Sequence record: SRR31156797_1235
Strand: one strand, 5' to 3'
Length of the DNA: 64,000 bases
The position numbers and the translations under genes are program-made. This document shows, piece after piece, positions 10,137 through 24,910 of this stretch. How positions within the stretch are numbered: the first letter of the stretch is position 1; every line of letters begins with the position of its first letter. The notes under the pieces were generated by a model. The model made no database searches. It saw only the letters and a list, made by a program, of their open reading frames with translations, and was not told where the DNA came from.

Positions 10137-10347
10137 AAAATCACCCCTTTTATTGATGCTTATATAAGTATCGTAGAATAAAACACTTCTTGTTGTGTTA
10201 CTCATTAAGCAATCATTAGACAGTTTTTTTGTTTAGCTTTTTAAAAGAGAAAATGCTTCTAGCTAAATTTATAAGAATAATTTCAAATATTGGTTCAGCT
10301 AGTCACCATAAGAAGAGAGAATCACAAATGGAAATAAACTATCTTAG

Positions 10348-14732
<4,385 letters not shown>

Positions 14733-14754
14733 CACGGACTGAGGGGCATGTACG

Positions 14755-15636
14755 ATGAAAAATAAATTATTTTATAAAAAAGGAGTGATCACGGGGTGGC
14801 TGTTTATTGCTATCCCGACACTCTTAATCTTCTTTTTCTCTTTTTATCCAATGATCCAAGCGTTTCTATTATCCTTGCAATCAGGAAGTGGCACCGGGCT
14901 GACCTTTAGCGGACTCGCGAATTATCGGCGGCTGTTTTCGGATCAGACCTTTTTGACAGCCACGAAAAATACCTTGATCTTTTTGGGCTTTCAAGTGCCT
15001 GTCATGGTCTTGTTGGCCATGTTCTTTTCCGTCCAGCTCAATCAGAAAACCCTAAAGCTGAAAGGCCTGTTTCGGACGATCATTTTTTTACCAGCAGTGA
15101 CGTCATTAGTCGCATACTCCATGGTCTTTAAGTCACTGTTTGCAACAAATGGCGTGGTGAACGCCCTTTTAGTGAGACTGTCGATTGTCTCTGAGCCAAT
15201 CGCCTTTTTCTCCAGTCCCTTTTGGGCAAAAGTCATTATCATTTTAGCCATCACTTGGCGCTGGACCGGCTACAATATGATTTTCTTTTTATCGGCTTTG
15301 CAAAATATCGACCCAGCAATTTATGAAGCTGCTAGAATCGATGGCGCTTCTCCAACGAAACAATTTTTTAAAATCACCGTCCCTTTGCTGAAGCCAGTCA
15401 TTTTGTTTTCAGCCGTGACCTCAACGATTGGCACACTACAATTATTTGATGAACCGATGAACTTGACCCAAGGGGGACCAGGAAACGCCACATCAACGAT
15501 TTCCCAATATATTTATAATCTTTCTTTTCGCTATACACCAGATTTTGGTTACGCCTCTGCAGTTTCTTATGCCATTGTCGTCATGGTCATCTTCTTTTCC
15601 ATGATTCAATTTAAGATCGGAGGAGAGGACAAATGA
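14755..15636 (+). CDS. Sugar ABC transporter permease
   Basis: EAA motif YEAARIDGAS; multiple TM helices. Confidence 0.92.
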   Translation: MKNKLFYKKGVITGWLFIAIPTLLIFFFSFYPMIQAFLLSLQSGSGTGLTFSGLANYRRLFSDQTFLTATKNTLIFLGFQVPVMVLLAMFFSVQLNQKTLKLKGLFRTIIFLPAVTSLVAYSMVFKSLFATNGVVNALLVRLSIVSEPIAFFSSPFWAKVIIILAITWRWTGYNMIFFLSALQNIDPAIYEAARIDGASPTKQFFKITVPLLKPVILFSAVTSTIGTLQLFDEPMNLTQGGPGNATSTISQYIYNLSFRYTPDFGYASAVSYAIVVMVIFFSMIQFKIGGEDK

Positions 15637-16448
15637 AAAAAGTAGGCACATATGTATTTTTGGGTGTTTTTACCATTCTGTTTGCCTTTCCCTTTTATTT
15701 CATGTTAGTGAGTATCACCAATCCTACCGTAAATATCATGCAAGGCAAACTATTGCCAAGTACCCATTTGCTAGAAAACTGGCGTAACCTAGTCGCAACC
15801 TATGACTTGAAACAAGTATTCTTTAATAGTGCAAGGATTGCGTTGTTACAGACGATATTATCCGTGACGATCACTTCGTTGGCAGGCTACGGATTTGAGA
15901 TCTATCAAAGCCGATTAAAAAATATGCTTTTTAATATTTTGCTCTTGTCGATGATGTTGCCTTTTGCCGCCACCATGATTCCGCTGTTTCGAATGTTCGG
16001 CAGCTTTTCAACGACGATTCCTTTTATCGGACTCGATACAGTAGCTTCAGTCATTTTGCCAACATTATCGACCGCCTTTCTGATTTTCTTTTTCAGACAA
16101 AACACAAAAATGTTTTCCAAATCACTGCTTGAAGCAGGGCGAATGGATGGCCTTTCGGAGCTAGGCTTGTTTTTCCGAATATACATGCCAACCATGAAAA
16201 CAACTTATGCGGCAGCTGCCATCATTACCTTCATCAACAGTTGGAACAGCTACCTGTGGCCGTTGATCACCCTTCAATCACCAGAAAAGCAAACCTTTCC
16301 CCTGATGATTTCTGCCATCGGCGCCGCCAATAATCCAGATTATGGCTTAATGATGTTAGCAATCGTGATCGCAACCCTGCCAACAATGGTGGTCTTCTTC
16401 TCGCTGCAAAAGTATTTTGTGGCTGGGATGTTGGGATCGGTGAAGTAG
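15633..16448 (+). CDS. Sugar ABC transporter permease
   Basis: LLEAGRMDGLSE; WNSYLWP; GSVK end. Confidence 0.92.
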   Translation: MKKVGTYVFLGVFTILFAFPFYFMLVSITNPTVNIMQGKLLPSTHLLENWRNLVATYDLKQVFFNSARIALLQTILSVTITSLAGYGFEIYQSRLKNMLFNILLLSMMLPFAATMIPLFRMFGSFSTTIPFIGLDTVASVILPTLSTAFLIFFFRQNTKMFSKSLLEAGRMDGLSELGLFFRIYMPTMKTTYAAAAIITFINSWNSYLWPLITLQSPEKQTFPLMISAIGAANNPDYGLMMLAIVIATLPTMVVFFSLQKYFVAGMLGSVK

Positions 16449-16473
16449 GGACGTTTAGAAAGATTGGAAGAAT

Positions 16474-16512
16474 AAAAGACAGAAGACTAATTGAGATAGT
16501 CATCTGTCTTTT
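16474..16512. terminator. Bidirectional terminator between convergent genes
   Basis: aaaagacagaagacta...tagtcatctgtctttt. Confidence 0.6.
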
Positions 16513-16594
16513 GTTATTGAGTCATTCTGATTTATATCGGATTATTTCTAACGATATTCGCTATAAGCATCGTAATCCTCCAATAAACCTGCTA

Positions 16595-17443
16595 TCAACC
16601 CAAAAACTGTCGTCCTTCCTTCTCAATCAATTCACAAGTCCATTTATCCTCAAACAACGACGCCATCTGTCTTGCTTGGGCAAATAAATCCGAATCTCCG
16701 ATCGCAAAACTTTTTCGAGCAGTGGCTAATGAATAGTAATCATAGCGCTTGCTCTTTTTTGCCAATAGCAGGGCTTGATCCGCGGCTTCTTTCGCCTCTA
16801 GGTGTTGCTGTTCTTGCAGATAAAGCAAGGCGACATTCAAATGAATCGCACACTGTAAAGGCACAGTATTTTCTAGTGCTTCGTATTTTTTTAGCTGTTG
16901 GATCAATTGGCGGGCAATGGCGTGGGCGGTTTCAACTGGAAAGAGGTATAAAAGACAATTGATCAATTTGATATCATTAAGGGTCCAGTCGGAATAAGCC
17001 TGAAGCGCATCCCAGGGAACTGTCAAAAGAACTTTGGGCAGGCAAGGAATTTCTTTTTCTGCATTCGTTGAGAGCGCTGTGAGAGAGTCGATTACATACA
17101 ACAATAAGTCAATGGTTTTACTGACAGATGTTTTTTGGAAAAGTAAACATTGCTCTTTCAAAGCAAGCAATGCTTTTGGATCCTGGTTGGAAAACAAAGA
17201 GAAAAATTGATGCAAGATTTGTTGTTTTTCATTTAAACGGTATCCTTGGGCGATGTAAAAAAATTCATCAAAACCGCAATCGATTCGCGCTAAAAGTTCG
17301 ATAAAAAGGGTAACGGAGGGCGTTAATTTTTCATTTTCAAATTTAGACAAGGTGGTTCTTGAAAGCAGGTCTTTACAAACTTGCGCTTGCGTGATGCCAC
17401 GGCTTTTTCTGATTTTACGATACGTGGTTCCTAACTTATTCAT
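16595..17443 (-). CDS. Rgg/GadR/MutR-family transcriptional regulator
   Basis: LGTTYRKIRKSRGITQ...LSRTTLSKFEN; DWTLNDIKLINCLLYLF; helical C-terminus; 282 aa. Confidence 0.85.
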   Translation of the reverse strand: MNKLGTTYRKIRKSRGITQAQVCKDLLSRTTLSKFENEKLTPSVTLFIELLARIDCGFDEFFYIAQGYRLNEKQQILHQFFSLFSNQDPKALLALKEQCLLFQKTSVSKTIDLLLYVIDSLTALSTNAEKEIPCLPKVLLTVPWDALQAYSDWTLNDIKLINCLLYLFPVETAHAIARQLIQQLKKYEALENTVPLQCAIHLNVALLYLQEQQHLEAKEAADQALLLAKKSKRYDYYSLATARKSFAIGDSDLFAQARQMASLFEDKWTCELIEKEGRQFLG

Positions 17444-17557
17444 AGGCGCCTCCTAGATCAATGTGATTATAGTGTACATAAGATAATTTTGCCCGTCAAT
17501 CTGGTATAGTAGAACTATTAGACAGCTAGGCAACACCAGATAGAGGAGGCCCCGCAA

Positions 17558-17645
17558 ATGAATCAGACAAAATAAAATCCTTTACTTAGCAAATGGCGAT
17601 CAATAACTAGAAAAACGAGCAATCGTTATTTCTAAGTAAAGGTGG
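17558..17645 (+). promoter_or_regulatory. Leader micro-ORF MNQTK (17558-17575) and hairpin (17579-17642) covering the MFS Shine-Dalgarno
   Basis: GAGGAGG RBS, ATG AAT CAG ACA AAA TAA; cctttacttagcaaatggcgat pairs with atcgttatttctaagtaaagg. Confidence 0.55.
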
Positions 17646-17652
17646 AAAACAA

Positions 17653-18840
17653 ATGAAGAAGAATCAGGGATTTACCCAATTGATCATTGGCCAAACAGTG
17701 GCGAATGTCGGGGATACCATTTATATTGTGGCAATTATCAGTTCTATTTTTAGCTGGACAGACTCTGCTTTGGCAGCGGCGCTTGTCCCGGTGCTAGTAA
17801 CAGGAGGCGGTGTCATTTCCGGCTTTCTCTCACCTGTCATCACGAGTTATTTTCGCTTAGAACAAGTGCTGAAGGTCAGCCAGATGTGCAAAACAGCCTT
17901 ACTCTTTTTTATGACCGCGTATCTCTATTTGAAAGCTGAAACGATGAATCTATTGGTTTTGTATTGCCTTGTCGCATTGATTTCGTTTTTGGACGGCTGT
18001 TCAGAACCAATTAGCCGTGCCTTGATCCCGAAATATGTGGAAAAGCATCGCCTCGTCAAAGCCAATGGAATATTCAATTCGATGCTTCAAACAGTCAACA
18101 TCGGCAGCTGGGCGATCGGAACCTCCTTGCTGCTGGTATTTTCTGTTCATCAGTTGGTTTTATTAGACAGCTTTCTGTTTCTAAGTGCCTCGATAGTATT
18201 AGCGTTTTTGCCTAGAACGACTCGAGAAAAAAACGAAAAGCAGCCGTTAGCACACCAGTTGTTTATCGGTTGGCGCTGGATTATGAAAGATCCTCTTGTT
18301 CGGGTAATCGTTGGCATGGACATGCTGGAAAGTATCGCCAATACAGCTTGGGTGTCCGCGATTGTGTTAGTATTCGTCCGAGAAGTGATGCAGGCACCAG
18401 ATGCTTGGTGGGGCTATATCAACGCCACTTATTTTGTTGGTGCGTTGCTAGGAAGTGCGCTGGTGATGCGATTTTCCGAGCGGTTTGATAAAAACAAACG
18501 AACAGCGATTGTGATGGGCGCTGTCTTAGGCGGACTGATCACCTTTGCCGTTGCCCTATCAGGCGACCGCTTTTTGATTCTAGGATTATCCGTTTTAATC
18601 GGGCTTTTTTCCCAGATCAAAAATATTCCACAAGCCTCATTAATCCAACAAAAAGTAGCAGCCGATCGATTGGTTGCCATCTACGCTGCCTCAGGCATCT
18701 TGAATTCCGGTGTTTTTGCTTTATTCACCTTGTTGATGGGACAGGTGGCAGATGTTTTTGATGTACGGTGGGTGTTTGTTCTTTCCGGCAGTTTATTGCT
18801 TCTAGTGGGGCTGATTGCAGGGAAGCTTAAAATCAGTTAA
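17653..18840 (+). CDS. MFS transporter (efflux type)
   Basis: 395 aa with ~12 TM; GQTVANVGDTIY; EPISRALIP; divergent from rgg. Confidence 0.88.
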   Translation: MKKNQGFTQLIIGQTVANVGDTIYIVAIISSIFSWTDSALAAALVPVLVTGGGVISGFLSPVITSYFRLEQVLKVSQMCKTALLFFMTAYLYLKAETMNLLVLYCLVALISFLDGCSEPISRALIPKYVEKHRLVKANGIFNSMLQTVNIGSWAIGTSLLLVFSVHQLVLLDSFLFLSASIVLAFLPRTTREKNEKQPLAHQLFIGWRWIMKDPLVRVIVGMDMLESIANTAWVSAIVLVFVREVMQAPDAWWGYINATYFVGALLGSALVMRFSERFDKNKRTAIVMGAVLGGLITFAVALSGDRFLILGLSVLIGLFSQIKNIPQASLIQQKVAADRLVAIYAASGILNSGVFALFTLLMGQVADVFDVRWVFVLSGSLLLLVGLIAGKLKIS

Positions 18841-18868
18841 AAGTAAGAGAGATAGTAGTCAAGAGAAC
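18785..18868 (+). repeat. Left copy of degenerate direct repeat flanking the FOS island (MFS 3' end)
   Basis: agtttattgcttctagtggggctgattgc..aagcttaaaatcagttaaaagt..atagtagtcaagagaac matches 27097-27181. Confidence 0.75.
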
Positions 18869-19587
18869 ATCTTTTTTACGAGGATTTTATAAGATGAAAC
18901 TAGCTTTAATAGTTTACTTTGATAATGGCATAGGAAGATGAAAAAGCAGATACAGCTAGTTAGGAACAGTCCCTGACTAGCTTTTTGTGTGGTGATCTAA
19001 ACGTTCTTACATCGAGAATACAATGATTATTGTAGATTTGATCGGTAGCTAATAACAGATCATTCATATGCAAAAGCATTTCGTGGCTGAATGTTGAGAT
19101 TGACTAAGTATGGGGCTGCTATAGGAGGAAAGCGCAAGCATCTCTATATAAAACTTGATTACTTGAAAAAAAAGCTTGGTATTGATTTGGAGTAAATTCA
19201 CAATTTTTTTGAATATCTTTAGTTTTCCAAGATTCCCCTATAAAGCTCATCTAACAGCTCCTAACCTTATATACATTTACATATCTAACTCTTATCTTTT
19301 CGCTTTTAGTTAGTTAAAAAGCAAAAAATAAAGGTGAATCCGAGCTATTTTTAAATAATTAACCAGATAATCTTCCGATTGGAACGGTTAAATAGTGAAT
19401 GATTGGTAGAAAAGAGATTAGAGGATGCGAGTTGTGATAAGTAAACTCATAAAAGAAGAATGCTAGAAAAGTAGAGAAAAATAGGATTAATGAAATAATC
19501 GAGATCCTTAATTTTTAACAATTTTCGTAAACCATAAATGAATTGACGAAAGCTTAGTGGGGGTGAAAGAATAATTACAAAAAAATA

Positions 19588-19698
19588 TTGACTTAAAAAA
19601 ATGGCTATGGTAATCTATAAACGAAAATAGTGGGAACGTTTCCAAAATGCATCTTCGTTAAATTTTTATTTTTTTAGACGAAAATGGAAACGTTTCTA
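19588..19698 (+). promoter_or_regulatory. Promoter of the FOS operon with two LacI/cre-like palindromes
   Basis: TTGACT-17bp-TAATCT; TGGGAACGTTTCCA (19631-19644) and TGGAAACGTTTCTA (19685-19698). Confidence 0.6.
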
Positions 19699-19721
19699 AA
19701 ATGTATTGGGAGGAGATTGAA

Positions 19722-20693
19722 TTGGAAAAGACATTGGGACCAGGTGGTGAGATAAGGGCGGTACAACGGGATAAAAAAAATATCTCGAAGTGGGAAAAAT
19801 TAAAGAAACAGTTGCGGCGTGATAAGTGGATGTACTTGTTGCTCTTACCAGGTATCATCATGACGTTTATCTTTAAGTATGTGCCAATGTACGGTGCTGT
19901 GATTGCATTTAAAGACTATAATCCTATGCTAGGAATTTTGGAAAGTCCTTGGGTAGGACTAGATCACTTTAGGGAATTTATCAGTTCACCAAATTTTACG
20001 CTTTTGCTGAGCAACACATTAAAAATTAGCATTTATGGTTTATTGTTAGGTTTTTTTCCACCAATTATTTTAGCACTGAGCTTGAATCAAATTATCAATA
20101 AAAAAATAAAACAGAAAATCCAGTTGATTCTATATGCGCCGAATTTTATCTCAGTAGTTATTATCGTGGGGATGCTGTTTTTGTTCCTATCCGCAAATGG
20201 ACCTATTAATGGGTTAGTAGAAAAGGTTACGGGGCAACCAATTATGTTCATGTCTAATCCAGCTTATTTCAGAACGATTTATATTTTATCGGGAATTTGG
20301 CAAGGAATCGGCTGGTCATCCATTCTTTACACCGCAACACTGGCGGGAGTCAGTACCGATTTATATGAGGCAGCAAATATCGATGGGGCAAATATTTTAC
20401 AAAAGATTTGGCATATCGATTTGCCTGCATTGAGGCCTGTGATGGTGATCAGCTTCATCTTGGCCGCCGGCGGTATTATGAATGTAGGATATGAAAAAGC
20501 CTACTTGATGCAAACTTCAATGAACATCCCTGCATCAGAAATCATTTCCACTTATGTATACAAAGTCGGCTTGCAATCAGGTGATTATGCCTACTCTGCT
20601 GCTGTTGGTCTGTTCAATATGATTATTAATGTCGTTTTATTACTGATTGTCAACAATATAACCAAGCGGCTAAACGATGGTCAAGGCTTGTAA
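19722..20693 (+). CDS. Oligosaccharide ABC transporter permease (LplB-like)
   Basis: YVPMYGAVIAFKDY, SPWVGL, LYEAANIDGA; TTG start after GGGAGG. Confidence 0.9.
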   Translation: MEKTLGPGGEIRAVQRDKKNISKWEKLKKQLRRDKWMYLLLLPGIIMTFIFKYVPMYGAVIAFKDYNPMLGILESPWVGLDHFREFISSPNFTLLLSNTLKISIYGLLLGFFPPIILALSLNQIINKKIKQKIQLILYAPNFISVVIIVGMLFLFLSANGPINGLVEKVTGQPIMFMSNPAYFRTIYILSGIWQGIGWSSILYTATLAGVSTDLYEAANIDGANILQKIWHIDLPALRPVMVISFILAAGGIMNVGYEKAYLMQTSMNIPASEIISTYVYKVGLQSGDYAYSAAVGLFNMIINVVLLLIVNNITKRLNDGQGL

Positions 20694-20708
20694 TGAAAGG
20701 AGAAAATT

Positions 20709-21593
20709 ATGAATAGTGCTTTATCAAAAATCGACCGTCAAATCTTATGGTTGAATCGAGTGATTGTAACTTTTTTAGTCGTCATCACCATTGTTCCGCT
20801 GATTTATGTACTGGTAGCTTCTTTTATGGACCCAGCTACTTTGATCAATAAAGGTATAAGCTTCAATCCGAAAGATTGGACAATACAAGGATATCAGCGG
20901 GTATTTGCAGATGATTCCATTTTACGCGGTTTTGTAAATTCGTTGTTTTACTCTTTTAGCTTCAGCTTATTGACTGTATTTATTACGATGATCACTGCGT
21001 ATCCTTTGTCTCGACCTAACTTGGCGGGGAAAAAGATTATTATGACTTTTTTTGTCATTACAATGTTCGTGGGTGGCGGCTTGATACCTACCTATTTATT
21101 GGTAAAGAACTTGGGCATGTTAGATAGTGTATGGGCGATTATCGTACCAGGTGCTATAAATGTGTGGAATATTATCTTAGCCCGTACCTATTTTAGTGCT
21201 TTGCCAAAAGAACTTTCTGAAGCTGCTACTATCGATGGCGCCAATGACTTGCAAATACTGTTCAAAGTCATGCTTCCATTAGCTAAACCAATTATGTTCG
21301 TATTGTTTTTATATGCCTTTGTTGGGCAATGGAACTCATATTTTGATGCCATGATTTACATCAAAGATCCCGACTTACAGCCGTTGCAACTCGTATTAAG
21401 AAATATTTTGATCCAAAACCAACCCTCACAAGACATGGTGGGAGCCAATACTGCCATGGCAGAAATGAAACAAATTGCTGAGTTGATCAAATACGCAACG
21501 ATCGTCATTTCTAGTCTGCCATTAATCATAATGTATCCTTTCTTCCAAAAATATTTTGATAAAGGTGTTTTAGTTGGTTCTGTTAAAGGATAA
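20709..21593 (+). CDS. Oligosaccharide ABC transporter permease (LplC-like)
   Basis: GGGLIPTY, SEAATIDGA, YPFFQKYF..GSVKG. Confidence 0.92.
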   Translation: MNSALSKIDRQILWLNRVIVTFLVVITIVPLIYVLVASFMDPATLINKGISFNPKDWTIQGYQRVFADDSILRGFVNSLFYSFSFSLLTVFITMITAYPLSRPNLAGKKIIMTFFVITMFVGGGLIPTYLLVKNLGMLDSVWAIIVPGAINVWNIILARTYFSALPKELSEAATIDGANDLQILFKVMLPLAKPIMFVLFLYAFVGQWNSYFDAMIYIKDPDLQPLQLVLRNILIQNQPSQDMVGANTAMAEMKQIAELIKYATIVISSLPLIIMYPFFQKYFDKGVLVGSVKG

Positions 21594-21641
21594 GAATTGT
21601 TCACTATTTGTATGAATAAAAATTATAAAGGAGATTTTAAG

Positions 21642-23249
21642 ATGAAAGCAAAATGGATGCTGCCAATCGTTTTTACTTCCGTACTAATTTTGGGGGCTTG
21701 TGGAGGCTCAAAAGAAAAGAGTACATCAAGCCCTGATTATGAACTAGAAAATGTCTCTTTTCCATTGAAAGAAAAAGTATCTTTAAAAATGATGTCTCAA
21801 AGTGCCCCTTTGGCTCCCAATGATCCTAATGACAAATTGATTTTCCAACGGTTAGAAGAAGAGACCAATCTCCATATTGATTGGACAAACTACAGTAGTG
21901 ATTTTGCCGAAAAAAGAAATTTGGATATCGCTAGTGGTGATTTACCAGATGCCATCTTCAACGCCGCTGCAGGTGACTATGATTTATTAAACTGGGCGGA
22001 AAGTGGCGTTATTGTACCGATTGAAGATTTGATCGAAGATTATATGCCAAATCTGAAGAAAATTTTTGATGAAAACCCCGAATACCGACAAATGTCTACT
22101 GCACTTGATGGTCACATTTACTCTATGCCTTGGATTGAAGAATTAGGCGAAGGAAAAGAGTCGATTCATACAGTAAATGGGATGGCTTGGATCAACAAGG
22201 AGTGGTTGGATAATTTGGGTCTTGAAATGCCGCAAACCACTGATCAGTTGATGACTGTGTTGGAGGCTTTCAAGACGCAAGATCCAAATGGTAATGGTGA
22301 AGCAGATGAAATTCCTTTTAGCTTTATTAACAATGGAGGAAATGAAGACTTAAAATTTTTAATGGGGGCATTCGGTCTAGGTGATAATGATGACCACTTA
22401 GTCGTTGATAACGATGGCCAGGTACAATTTACTGCCAACAAAGAAGGGTATAAAGAAGCCGTCAAATATTTCAATGAAATGAATAATAAAGGTCTTATTG
22501 ATAATGAGGCTTTCGAACAAGATTGGAATACGTATGTTGCCAAAGGAAAAGAACATAAGTATGGCGTGTATTTTACTTGGGATAAAGCAAATATCACGGG
22601 TGCAGATGATAGTTATGACGTCTTGCCAGTCTTAGCGGGACCAGATGGAACGAAACACGTTACTCGTACGAATGGCATGGGTTTCTCAAGAGATCGTTTC
22701 GTAATTACTAGTGCGAATAAAAACTTGGAACTTACAGCTAGATGGATAGATAAAATGTATGAACCGTTACAGTCTGTCCAAAATAACTGGGGAACCTACG
22801 GTGATGAAGCACAGGCCAATATTTTTGAATTAAAGGATGGTATGTTAAAACATTTGCCTTTAGAGGGGACAGCACCGGGGGAACTAAGACAAAAAACCGA
22901 AGCTGGAGGACCATTAGCAGTTCTTGATTCTTATTACGGCACAGTCACTACTATGCCAGATGATGCGAAGTGGCGTTTAGATTTAATGCATGATACGTAT
23001 TTGCCATATATTACGGAAGACAATATCTATCCACGCGTCTTTTTAGAAAAAGAAGATACAGACCGATTAGCAAAAATTGAAACAGATATGTGGGATTACA
23101 TCTATCGCAAAAGAGCAGAGTGGATCACCGGCGGTAAAATCGATGAAGAATGGGAAGAATACCTTGCTGAATTGGAACGTGTAGGTTTGGAAGAATGGAT
23201 TCAAATAAAGCAAACTGGCTATGATAATTTTTTGAAGGGAGCACAATAA
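21642..23249 (+). CDS. Oligosaccharide ABC substrate-binding lipoprotein
   Basis: Lipobox LGAC; IASGDLPD; DPNGNGEADEIPF; ATG 21642 after AAAGGAG. Confidence 0.9.
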   Translation: MKAKWMLPIVFTSVLILGACGGSKEKSTSSPDYELENVSFPLKEKVSLKMMSQSAPLAPNDPNDKLIFQRLEEETNLHIDWTNYSSDFAEKRNLDIASGDLPDAIFNAAAGDYDLLNWAESGVIVPIEDLIEDYMPNLKKIFDENPEYRQMSTALDGHIYSMPWIEELGEGKESIHTVNGMAWINKEWLDNLGLEMPQTTDQLMTVLEAFKTQDPNGNGEADEIPFSFINNGGNEDLKFLMGAFGLGDNDDHLVVDNDGQVQFTANKEGYKEAVKYFNEMNNKGLIDNEAFEQDWNTYVAKGKEHKYGVYFTWDKANITGADDSYDVLPVLAGPDGTKHVTRTNGMGFSRDRFVITSANKNLELTARWIDKMYEPLQSVQNNWGTYGDEAQANIFELKDGMLKHLPLEGTAPGELRQKTEAGGPLAVLDSYYGTVTTMPDDAKWRLDLMHDTYLPYITEDNIYPRVFLEKEDTDRLAKIETDMWDYIYRKRAEWITGGKIDEEWEEYLAELERVGLEEWIQIKQTGYDNFLKGAQ

Positions 23250-24734
23250 GTGTTAGTAGAAGAAACGGCGATTTTGGATAAAGCAAATCGATTTATTGAA
23301 ATGATGCGAGGAAAAGTTAACCCTCAGTATCGACAAAACTATCATTTTTCCGCACCCATTGGGTGGATAAATGACCCCAATGGGTTTATATATTACAAAG
23401 GGCATTACCATCTCTTCTATCAATACTATCCTTACGATAGTCGATGGGGGCCCATGCATTGGGGACATGCGCGCAGTAGTGATTTGGTCCATTGGGAAGA
23501 TCTACCAGTAGCGTTAGCCCCAGATCAACCTTATGACAGCGGCGGGTGTTTCTCAGGAAGTGCAATTGAAAGAGACGGAAAACTATATTTATTTTATACA
23601 GGCTGTCAAGAAATTGATGGTATTAGCCATCAGCATCAATGTTTGGCGGTCTCTGAAGATGGTATTCATTTTAGCAAATACAGTGGTAATCCTGTGGTAG
23701 CAGAAAAACAGCTAGGTGAAAATGGGCTGATACAAGAATTTCGTGATCCTAAAGTAATTGTTCACAACGATGCTTACTATATGGTAGTAGCTACTAAATC
23801 TACACAGTCTACTGGTAGAATAGTGATGTTTCAATCGTCAGATTTGTATAATTGGCACTTTTACTCTGTGTTGCTAGAAGGGACTTCAGAGCAAGGAATA
23901 ATGTGGGAATGTCCTGATTTATTCCATTTAGACGGACGAGATGTCTTAATCATGTCTCCGATACAAATCAAGAAGAACGGACTGGAATATCATAATATCA
24001 GTTCTACCATGGCTTGTATTGGTGAGGTAAACTGGGAAACAGGTCAGATGATAGTTGATAATTTCCATGAAATGGATTTTGGAATGGATTTTTATGCACC
24101 ACAAACAACAACAGATCCTAATGGTGGACGGGTGATGATTGCTTGGATGCAGATGTGGGATCGTACATTGCCTACACATGAGTTAGGCCATCTTTGGGCA
24201 GGCTCTATGAGTTTGCCCCGAGAGTTAAGAGTGAAAAAAAATCGATTGGTACAAAAACCCATCTCAACTGTATATAGTCATTTAGTTTATCAACAAGGCA
24301 GTGAAAATATTGCAGTGACTGACACATCAGTCGCATTTCGAAACGCGCTGTCTGATTCTTCATATTTACATCTAGTCGCAGATTTGGAGAAAGCAGAAGT
24401 TTTTACAATTGAATTACTGCGGTCTAAGACGGATTGCCTAAAACTAACTTATGACACTGCTAAACAGGTTTTTGAATTGGATCGTCAGAAGCTAGGAAGA
24501 GAGCTTACAGGGGCGGAAGAAGACCCTCTGAATGTCCGAAAAGTTGAAGTACCTTTGATTGATAATCAGCTCGTTCTTGAGATTTTTAGAGATACCTCAT
24601 CAGTTGAAGTTTTTATTAATGGGTTAGAAGTTATGACGGCTACTTTCTATGAGCTGGAAAAAGCTCGAGATATCTTATTTCATTCGATTGGAGAAAGTCG
24701 TATTCAAGCTTTTGAAACAGCGAGTGTGAAATAA
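23250..24734 (+). CDS. GH32 beta-fructofuranosidase / sucrose-6-phosphate hydrolase
   Basis: WINDPNG, HWGHA, FSGSA, FRDP, MWECPD catalytic motifs. Confidence 0.95.
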   Translation: MLVEETAILDKANRFIEMMRGKVNPQYRQNYHFSAPIGWINDPNGFIYYKGHYHLFYQYYPYDSRWGPMHWGHARSSDLVHWEDLPVALAPDQPYDSGGCFSGSAIERDGKLYLFYTGCQEIDGISHQHQCLAVSEDGIHFSKYSGNPVVAEKQLGENGLIQEFRDPKVIVHNDAYYMVVATKSTQSTGRIVMFQSSDLYNWHFYSVLLEGTSEQGIMWECPDLFHLDGRDVLIMSPIQIKKNGLEYHNISSTMACIGEVNWETGQMIVDNFHEMDFGMDFYAPQTTTDPNGGRVMIAWMQMWDRTLPTHELGHLWAGSMSLPRELRVKKNRLVQKPISTVYSHLVYQQGSENIAVTDTSVAFRNALSDSSYLHLVADLEKAEVFTIELLRSKTDCLKLTYDTAKQVFELDRQKLGRELTGAEEDPLNVRKVEVPLIDNQLVLEIFRDTSSVEVFINGLEVMTATFYELEKARDILFHSIGESRIQAFETASVK

Positions 24735-24910
24735 ATGTTTGATTGCTTAGGCGATGTATCAATTATTTAATAGGTTTTGAAGGATAATATTTTTAGAAAA
24801 GAACAGATAGCTAGATTTCCCATGGCTTTGCTATTAGTATTTTGAAAAAATTAGTAATTTATGACAAAATTCATTATACTAAACTTGTGCAGAAATGTGA
24901 GGGATCAACT

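Noticed and set aside
17460-17650. SHP pheromone gene for the Rgg regulator
   Set aside because: The only RBS-supported micro-ORF is MNQTK, which is too short and not hydrophobic
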